This document shows, one piece after another, positions 22,421 through 32,000 of a stretch of 32,000 bases of DNA. Origin of the DNA: Wallemia ichthyophaga EXF-994 (taxonomy: Eukaryota > Fungi > Basidiomycota). A program made the translations under genes and the position numbers. The notes beneath the pieces are model-generated. The model had not been told where the DNA came from, searched no databases, and was given only the letters and a program-made list of their open reading frames with translations. The number at the start of each line of letters is the position of its first letter. The first letter of the stretch is position 1. The DNA is taken from assembly GCF_000400465.1 (NCBI RefSeq), contig NW_008806285.1:180001-212000 (forward strand). The letters run 5' to 3'.

Positions 22421-23413
22421 TTATTGAGGATTGGGTGTTACATTCCAAGGACCAGGATCCTAAAGGTTAGGTTAGACTGGATAGCGAGATGGATGTTGCA
22501 CTTACTGAAAATATGTTGTCTTCGCTCTTACCTCCAAAGTCTTTAGGTAAGTTCTCTGCTGGGATTTGCTTGAGCAATTCATCCTTGTAGGATTTGCCAA
22601 GAATCACAATCTTGGAGACGGTCACTGGGTCTAACCATCCCTTAACTACGCTCCAGACAGTAGTGAAGAGAAATGGAGCATTGATAATGTAGAATTTACC
22701 CATGGTTTCAGGGCTATTTTGCGGTTTGTGAGACCATTGCCAAATCTCTATGTCTTCACTCACTAGTAATTTTGGCCGATGTTGCTAGCTTGTGCGACAT
22801 AGTCTTTAACATCGTAGAAGCTCTTTATTCCGACGTTGTGCATGTCAAGGATAGTGCAAGAAGTTTCAATGTGCTTGCCTGATGCTTTAGAGCAAGCTGG
22901 GAATCTAGAGTCAAAGCACTTCTCGTACTCGTAAACGAGATGCTTGAGCATGCGCTCAGCTGTGGTAGCCTTATAAAGTTCTGGGACGTTGAGGTATCCG
23001 AGTCTTTCAATATAAACGGGTCTGCCATCCTGTGGAATGTTAAAATGTCACTTAAAAAGGAAATAACGAACTTTATCAGTTTTGTAGTAGAACTTTGGGT
23101 AGTACTTGTTGATAATTTCTAATTCTTTTTGATCAAATTCCGATCTGCTTAAATGTTAACGGGTGTGCAACATGACCAACTGTCACACCAACTCTTTGAT
23201 AGCGTCGACGTTGAACTCTTTTCTCCACTTCTCAGCAGCGTCAAGCATTTCTTCAGCCTTTGCAACATCGAATTTCCTAGCTCTAAGGAATCTAAGGAGA
23301 CATCTATCGTCATGTCTCTTTTCGTTGAAATATTCCTTCGACTTGATAGTCTCCCTGAATTGGTTTAATCCCTGCTTTTGCTCTGCGCTCAAGTCTTCCA
23401 AAGTACCCGACAT
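22421..23413 (-). CDS. SEC14: Phosphatidylinositol/phosphatidylcholine transfer protein Sec14 (CRAL-TRIO), multi-exon
   Basis: [31 protein letters not shown]|[28 protein letters not shown]|[26 protein letters not shown], last exon DPGPW. Stop TAA 22421-22423. Confidence 0.95.
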
Positions 23414-23528
23414 GATGGTTGATTGTAAATATCAGAACATCGCGCAGTAATATCGATATAAAGACAAAAATTTACAATTAACTAAACAATTAGATTTAAA
23501 CGCTTATCTACACTTAATAGCTCTATGA

Positions 23529-24886
<1,358 letters not shown>

Positions 24887-25081
24887 TCATGCTCGTCTTT
24901 TCGTCAAAGAAGAATCGCTCTTAGCTCCGTGCTGCGGGATGAAAATTTGATTTGACGGGCACGCGAAATACATCAGCGGTAGCCATCATCGCCCTCGGTT
25001 CCTCAATGAAACATTTTACCGATCGGCATTAAGACAACTTTAACCTCGTGGGATCAGCATAAATTATCACTATACGTAAAA

Positions 25082-28000
25082 TCATTTAAGAAATTTCCTA
25101 AAATCGTCCTGTGTCTTCGGGTTTTTTGCAGTTGTGCTAGACGCAGTCAATTTGGGGTCGGGATTGTTTCCGCGATCGCCAATTTTTGATCTTCGGGTGT
25201 TTCTAGGAACAAACTGTCCGCCAGAAACCGCAGCGTCGGATTTTTCCGCTACATTTTTATTTTCCGACAAGCTCAGTGGTTTTTTGTGACTAGCTTCGTC
25301 GGATAAACTAAGTTGCTGTCCATTAATTGATGGTGCCTGCATCAGCATGACTTTCGACATTTCCTGTCGATCAGTCTTTAGATGTTGATTGAAATGCATT
25401 TACGCTAGCGCACCTTATCATTCTCAAATTCCACTACAGCAGCACCTTCATTACCATTCTCATTGTACCAGACCTTCTTCACTGGTGCAAACACCTCAAA
25501 TGTTTGCTGTATGAAGGATTCTTTGGTTCCGTCTGGTATGCCATCTACCCTGATTGATCTGCCAAAGCGTGGTTTAGCTGGTGCATTTGCTTGTCTAGTT
25601 CGTGTGAATTGAAGACTGATTCTGATTCTAATAAGTGCTTACCTAGGCTTCCTGTTTGACATTGTTACGCTTATGTGTTTGCCTTTGACTTCAACGTTGT
25701 TCATTCGCAGCGCATTTTGAGCTGATGACTGGCAAGAATCAGCACAAACTTTTTCACACAAATAAAGACTTACAGAATCTTCAAATTCAATGTGAGCAAA
25801 ACCTTTGCAGCTTCCGTCATCCCTCAATCCTAACTTTGCTTGCTTAATTGCGCCAAACTGTTGTGATATCAGCTATTTTCCCACCTAAGACTACAACTCA
25901 CAGGTTCAAAAAGTTGACGCAAATCTGCCTCTGTTATCTTTTTGCCTAGCTCTCTAACAAATATCTCCTGCCCATTTACGAAATCATCTGAACGTGACTT
26001 ACGCTTGGATGGGTCTGAGATAGCAACGCTGAGAGAATGATTATCTTCCTGAACTTTTCCATTAAGTTCTAGTGAGGCTTGAGCTGATGCCTAATTGGAG
26101 TAAGTAAAGCATTTCAAATGTAATTACATACCGGGTCTAAGAAGGTGACATAAGCAAAGCGGCGTGTTGTCTTGATCGAACGGCTAGGCCATCTCGTATC
26201 GAAAATTGTGCCATACTATTAACGATTAGCATGAAGATTCATGTGTATTGACGATACTCACTGGTTCAAAAAGAGCCCTCAAGCTATCATCCTTAGTGCC
26301 TTCAGGAAAATTTGTCACATAGAGCGTGGAGGACCATCCCATAACAACTTTGATTTCGACTTCCTCGATGCGCTTCTTATCTTTCGTAAGAGCCGCAGGA
26401 ACATCATCCTGAAAAATCTTAGTACGGCATAACATAATGTTGATTACGTACCCGACTCAAAAACTCAACAGTTGCCGCTGATTGATCTTTAAGATCTTTG
26501 ACAGTGACTTCGCGCATATCACCACACTTTGAAATAAGAATTAAGAGGGATTCTTCCACTAGGCTTGGAATACTCACATCTTTGAATAGCAAATTGACAT
26601 CTGTGTTGTTGCATCCTAATGGAAGACCGCTGACTATTACAGTTGTGTTTTCGCGATCTCTGCTATCTCGTCAGTTATCATTGGGGTTGGACTTGGTTCT
26701 CACCTCTTCAACTTATCTACAGTTTGTTGAACCTTCTGCTTCTTCGCGCTCTCATTGTTATTGGATTCATCACCAGCTTTTCTCTTGTTGTTTGTGCTAC
26801 CTGAGAAATCAAGTGAAGGGTCTACAGCAGTCTCCTCAGTTGCTGGAGCAGCTACTGCTACTTGAGGTTGCTGTTGTGTGTAATTTTCGTAAGCTTGTGC
26901 TGCTTCCTGTATTTTGATTAGGTAACTCTTAAAAATACAAACCACTTACATTCAGACGACGATCAGCTAATAATTGGCTGGCTTTTGTGATGCTGATTTG
27001 TGCTTGCATTTGAGTATCGAGGCTTCCATATTGGTCCTCAAATTCTTTGTAAGCTTGATGAACGGCTTCAGGATAATCGATGAATTGTCGTGGTGTTGCT
27101 GTTTTGTAGACAGACCTGGCTTTGTCGTAATTTTCATTTCGCGTCTCGAAAGCAGCCCAATCTAACCAAACAGAATAACTACGCTTCTGTGTATTGTTCT
27201 TAGACATGCGTTCAAAAATTTGAGAAGCTGCACTGGTCGCGCTCTCCTCTTTAACACGTTCGTGCCATGATATTGCATACTTTTCTATTCTATTAAATGG
27301 ATCTCGACTTTTGACCCTGTCGAGACCATCTTCAAGGATTGCTGCCACTTCTGCATATGCAACAGCTACATCAACATTCTCCAACGTGTGCCTCAAGTAA
27401 GAAGCTCTCGCTGAAATCAGCGCTACTAAATCATCGACTCTTGATTCAATAAGACCTGTTGAGATTGCCCTTGCATATGTTTCTTCAGCCTTCTCTGCAG
27501 GGTGTTTGAATTGCTCGTGGGCTCTGATCAAAGAGCTCCAAAGTTCTCCTGACCAGGGACATACTTTAACGGAGCGCTCGATAACATTCATTACCTTATC
27601 AGGCCTCTCTTTGTTATTAATCATCCAGTTGACGTATGTCACCCAAATCTTAGCAACGCTGGTAGCAATAGAATCATCGGTAGAGCCAGAAGGACCTGAG
27701 CCATCTTCACCTAACAGACTGTTGAATGGGTAGCAATCTCTTACTGCTCTTTCAAATAAGCCAACAATGAGATTTCGATTAGCAAGCTTCGGTTTTCCAT
27801 TTGGTGATTGTGCAAAGTTAATGTATGCGAGATATGCTTCGACGGTATAGTTGGAGCCCTGACATGACATTTTAGCCAGCAAATTACCATTCAAAGCGTT
27901 ACTTACAAGAGCAATCTCGTATTGATCATAATCCTCATATAAAGTCTGACCCTTTTTATAGTCCTTATTAGCGGCAACCATATGAGATTCGTATTGAGAA

Positions 28001-28827
28001 TTGTCGTAAGCTGTTATAAAACTTGAATAGGAACTGAAAGTATCTGCATGATCTGGAGCAACGAATGAGTGCAATTCAATTGTATGACAATAGCTTACTA
28101 GCATGGGGTATCTTGAGCCTAGCCAAGTAGAATTGTTGCATTCTTTGTATCGCTTCAGGTCTATCCTCACGTTAATGATCATCAAACGCAATGGAACGAG
28201 CTCACTTAGGTGATTTCTAATGGAATAAGCTAGGAGTTGAATGATAAAAAGCCTTACCTCAATTAAAGATTGCTCCCAATCTCTCCATTTGTCCCATATT
28301 TCGCAGCTCTGAACACGATAAGCATATGTAACCTACTAGAAAGAAAACGTACACCGGTGAGATCCCATTCTATGCCTTCATAAGCTGTACCAAATGCTTG
28401 TCTAATGCTCTGTTCGCTAAAGACTTGCTCTGTTTTTCCTTGAGCTGAACCGTGTATTAGGTTATCGATGTAAAATAACGCAATCTTTACGGAAGAAGGA
28501 ACATCTTGAATGGCAGAGATGAAGGCATTGTGTTTATCGTTATGTGCATCAATAGGGATACTTTTGATATTATCAAGGTGGAAAACTGCATCAAGTCAGA
28601 GGAATATATATAGAGAGGGGATAGAAACCTTCACCGACAACCCAAGTCTGCCTCCAATGAGCCCAAGTCTGATGGAATTGATCTGCCATACCAAGTTGGC
28701 GTGTAGCATTCGTTGCTCTAACAAAGGCGTGGAAAGAGAGATAAGGATATTCAAGTGATCCTAAAGCCATTTCTAACGATTGTAGGGAATTGAATTGGGT
28801 GATTTCATCTGGAATATCATCTTTCAT
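25082..28827 (-). CDS. PRP24: U4/U6 recycling factor Prp24/SART3 (HAT repeats, RRMs, LSm-interacting tail), many exons
   Basis: HAT-like helices (IWVTYVNW, IERSVKVCPWSGELW, VWLDWAAFE), RRM motifs (TLYVTNFP, CKGFAHIEF), and C-terminal KTQDDFRKFLK* matching the Prp24/SART3 SNDDFRK-type LSm-binding motif. Confidence 0.88.
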
Positions 28828-29067
28828 TTCAACGTTGACTGTAAACGACGAAGATGGTTGAAGAAAGTGGGTAAATGTAATATCGATTTGGTTTAAATTT
28901 AATTCAATTTAAAGATTCATCAGATAAGCCTCAGAGCCTTAATCTTCCAAAGCCAGATCACATCGTGTGCGTTGTCTTGTGTTTAATTGCATGTAATTCT
29001 CACTCGCATCGAATACAGCGAAGAACACGCAAGGCTACAATCCGGCAGCAGATCTCCTCACAGTCTA

Positions 29068-30694
29068 ATGGCTGATCAATTTGAGAAAATGGAATTTGGT
29101 GCGCCCGAAGGACTCAAGTGAGTGACAGAGAAACCAATTTGCTGTTCTAACAGGACAAGACCAACAAATCAAATGCAATCATCCACTCCTTCGACCACTC
29201 CAAGTCTTTCTCACTCTCAACTATCCCCAGAACCTTCCAATAATGTCGATAATGATTCTGCTCAAGTTATAACTCCTTGGGATGTTCAGGGCGCTGTCGT
29301 TGACGGTAAAACGGTAGCTGTCGACTATGACAAGCTTATTCTCCAGTTTGGTACAAAGCCTGTCGATAAAAGTCTATTGGAAAGATTTGAAAGGCTGACA
29401 CAGCGTAAAGCTCACGTCTATCTCAGAAGAGGCATGTTCTTCTCTCATAGGTGTGTCATAACCTGGACTATGATCGATTCGTTAATCCCTTTCAAGAGAG
29501 CTTGATCGTATTCTTGATAGATATGAACAAGGAAAGCCTTTCTACTTATATACAGGTAGAGGTCCAAGTAGCGACAGCATGCACTTGGGTCATATGATTC
29601 CTTTCATGTTTACAAAGTGGTTACAAGATGTCTTTAATTGCCCATTGGTCATCCAGTTGACCGGTAAGTGACGTAAGATCGAAGCAATCTATAATTCAAT
29701 TTTATCAGATGACGAAAAGTTTCTTTTCAAAAGCAATCTCAAGATTGAGCAGACACAAAAGTTTGCCAGCGAAAACGCCAAGGACATTGTGGCGCTTGGA
29801 TTCAACCCAGACAAAACACTCATCTTCTCTGACTTTGATTTCGTCGGGTGAGTCTACGATTTCTCAATTATTTGCTTCTAATTATAATCAGAGGTCCATT
29901 CTATCACAACGTCGTTAGAATATCAAAGTTGATCACCTACAATCAAGCCAAAGCAGCATTCGGCTTTAATGAATCTGACTCAATTGGAAAGATACACTTT
30001 TGTTCAATTCAAGCTGCGCCATCATTTAGCAATAGTTTCCCAAACATATTTGGCTCCAAACACGATATACCGTGTTTGATTCCTTGCGCAATCGATCAGG
30101 ATCCTTACTTTAGAATAACGCGCGATGTTGCAGCCAAATTAAAATATCCAAAACCTGCTTTGTTACATAGCAAGTTTTTCCCCGCATTACAAGGATCTCA
30201 AACAAAGATGAGCGCTTCTGATACTAATTCTTCTATATACATGACGGACAAACCGAACGAAATCAAAAACAAAATGAATAAGCACGCATTCTCTGGAGGT
30301 CAAGCATTGGCCGAAGATCACAGAAAGTACGGCGGTAACCCTGATGTTGACGTTTCGTATCAGTATCTTGGATTCCTGATGGATGATGATGATGAATACA
30401 AGAAAATTGCTGAAGTAAGTATTGAAAGTGATCGTGTTTATTCTACTCACCTCGTAATTAGGAATATCGTGCCGGTAACATACTCTCAGGTGAAATGAAG
30501 AAACTTTGCATCGGAGAATTGCAAAAGTTTGTTGCAAATTTCCAAGAAGCCAAGTCCAAAGTTACTAATGAAATGTTGCAATCCTTTATGGATCCTCAAA
30601 AGATCATCAATGGCTTTGATGGTGGGTGTCCTCTCAGATGCTGATGAAACTTTTCTTACTTGAAGAACTAGTCTTAAACACGCAAACCAAATAA
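29068..30694 (+). CDS. WRS1: Cytosolic tryptophanyl-tRNA synthetase, multi-exon
   Basis: [44 protein letters not shown] (HIGH), [19 protein letters not shown] (KMSKS), HAFSGG. The last exon is inferred (intron ~30622-30665); without that intron the stop is near 30644. Confidence 0.95.
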
Positions 30695-30760
30695 TAAGGT
30701 TGAAAGCATAACAATATTATAACTGTGTTACGTATTCGTATAAAGGTATATATTTACTAA

Positions 30761-32000
30761 TTACAATTGTTTCTTGCCTTCAACGTTTTGGTGACTTGAA
30801 GGATTAAAGTTGTTAGATTCACCGTTTGTGTTAAAGTTTAACAACTCTGAAGGCTCGCTTTCATTGTCAGATGTTGAGGCCTCGCTGTCAACTTCTGATT
30901 TGTTAAAGTCGTTAATTGGATTGAGTCGTTCAATGTTGCCCTGAGCCGTCGCATCAACCTGCTTAGACTCAAAATCGGAGTTTGTAGCGACACTAGCTGC
31001 ATCGAGTTGCTCGACGCTTTTTGTGTTCATTCTATTCATTTTCAAAGTGTCGCGTACCATATGTCTACCTTTCAAGATCTCCCGTTCTATCTTAAAGCGG
31101 TTTTCGACAATATGTAGTTTCGGCCACGTTGCCAACTGCCCCATTTTCATCATGCGTCTGTTGAAAGTGAGCAACGTTATTTAGTAATTGCAACAACTCA
31201 CTTTAGTTCAGGCCTATCAGGATCCGACAATATATGGATCCAATCTAAAAACCTTGTCCGTGGCCAAATAGTTATGCTACCTTCAAACTGAGAGCTATAA
31301 GTTAGAGTTTTGAAATTCAGTAAACAAACAAACCTTTTGAAGAAATACAGATGAAAAATCCGTTGCTAATATCTCTGGCATTAATTCCAAGTCTCTAATA
31401 ACCTATTATTCGTAAGATTTTTGTTCTGTGGAATACCTCATCAACAACTAACTTTTAAATTTTTGCTTAATTCCAGTTTGAGGTAGGATTCAGCTGCCTA
31501 GTGAATTGTGAGATTGATTGAAATACGCGGTAAATGCCCTTACAGCTAAAAAGAATCCACCACGCCATCCTTGACCTCTACGGTGAGCAACAGGTTTACC
31601 AGCAGATCCTAAAAGATATTAGTCAATTGAAATGATGCGAAACACATTTAACACCTCTTGGAGCGTAGAAAAACAAGTGAACATGAGGGTTTACTTGGGA
31701 CACAATAGCGTGGTTGACTAAAGAGTATTAGAAATGCGAGTAGCGGAATAGTTATACTAAAGTACCATTATAAACTAACAGCTCAAATTAGAGAAAATAA
31801 AACCAATTGAAAGCTGAACTTACGAAGGTTTAACGACTGTAATGGTATATCAACTCTAATAGAACCATCCTTAAATCTAGCACCAAGACTAAAAGGCTCA
31901 ATTGATCCATCTTTACATTTGCGCATCAGGACAACTGGTGGAAGGATCTAGAGTTTGTCAAATTTTGCATCTACGCGCAAAGATAGACATACACCTGGAA
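30761..32000 (-). CDS. Patatin-like phospholipase / triacylglycerol lipase (Tgl3/4/5 family); 5' partial, multi-exon
   Basis: Spliced VPG|ILPPVVLMRK..DGSIEPFSLGARFKDGSIRVDIPLQSLNL|LYN|VNHAIVSQVNPH...RGSAGKPVAHRRGQGWRGGF...LKLEL..ITIWPR..ILSDP matches the C-terminal half of fungal TGL patatins (WKDGS..DIP...FNVN..IVSQVNPH). Almost invisible in the ORF track. Confidence 0.85.

Noticed and set aside
22465-22475. Telomere-like GGTTAGGTTAG
   Set aside because: It is the reverse complement of the CTAACCTAACC branch-point region of the last SEC14 intron, and is not a true TTAGGG array.
31880-31900. Suspected frameshift in the lipase at a T-run
   Set aside because: On recount the run has four T (GAG CCT TTT AGT), so the frame is continuous.

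Overview
Eukaryotic (fungal) genomic DNA, very gene-dense. I count 19 protein-coding genes split by many short introns (mostly about 41-52 nt), often separated by less than 120 bp. This architecture points to a compact basidiomycete genome, Wallemia-like (inference; no search run). In order: ARM-repeat SmgGDS-like protein (5' partial), NDUFAF3, ALG11, MSP1, RPS5, a small zinc-ribbon protein, RPL17, an unexplained ~1.9 kb gap, NOT2, GLO3-type ArfGAP, a DUF202 membrane protein, an alpha/beta hydrolase, eIF1/SUI1, a BRD8-like bromodomain protein, IQGAP, SEC14, an Nrg1-like C2H2 factor, Prp24/SART3, cytosolic TrpRS and a patatin/TGL lipase (5' partial). I found no transposon, tRNA, rRNA or CRISPR array, and no clearly new multi-gene system; the content is mostly housekeeping. 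The most unusual signals are regulatory: (1) ALG11 and MSP1 start codons only 23 bp apart, with a palindrome that gives each gene a mirror-image overlapping upstream ORF; (2) an eIF1 start codon in optimal rather than the usual poor context; (3) a uORF chain before the Nrg1-like factor; (4) a 9-nt micro-exon; (5) the gap with splice-like signals but no coherent ORF. Gene models were spliced by eye, so ends and some junctions are approximate.
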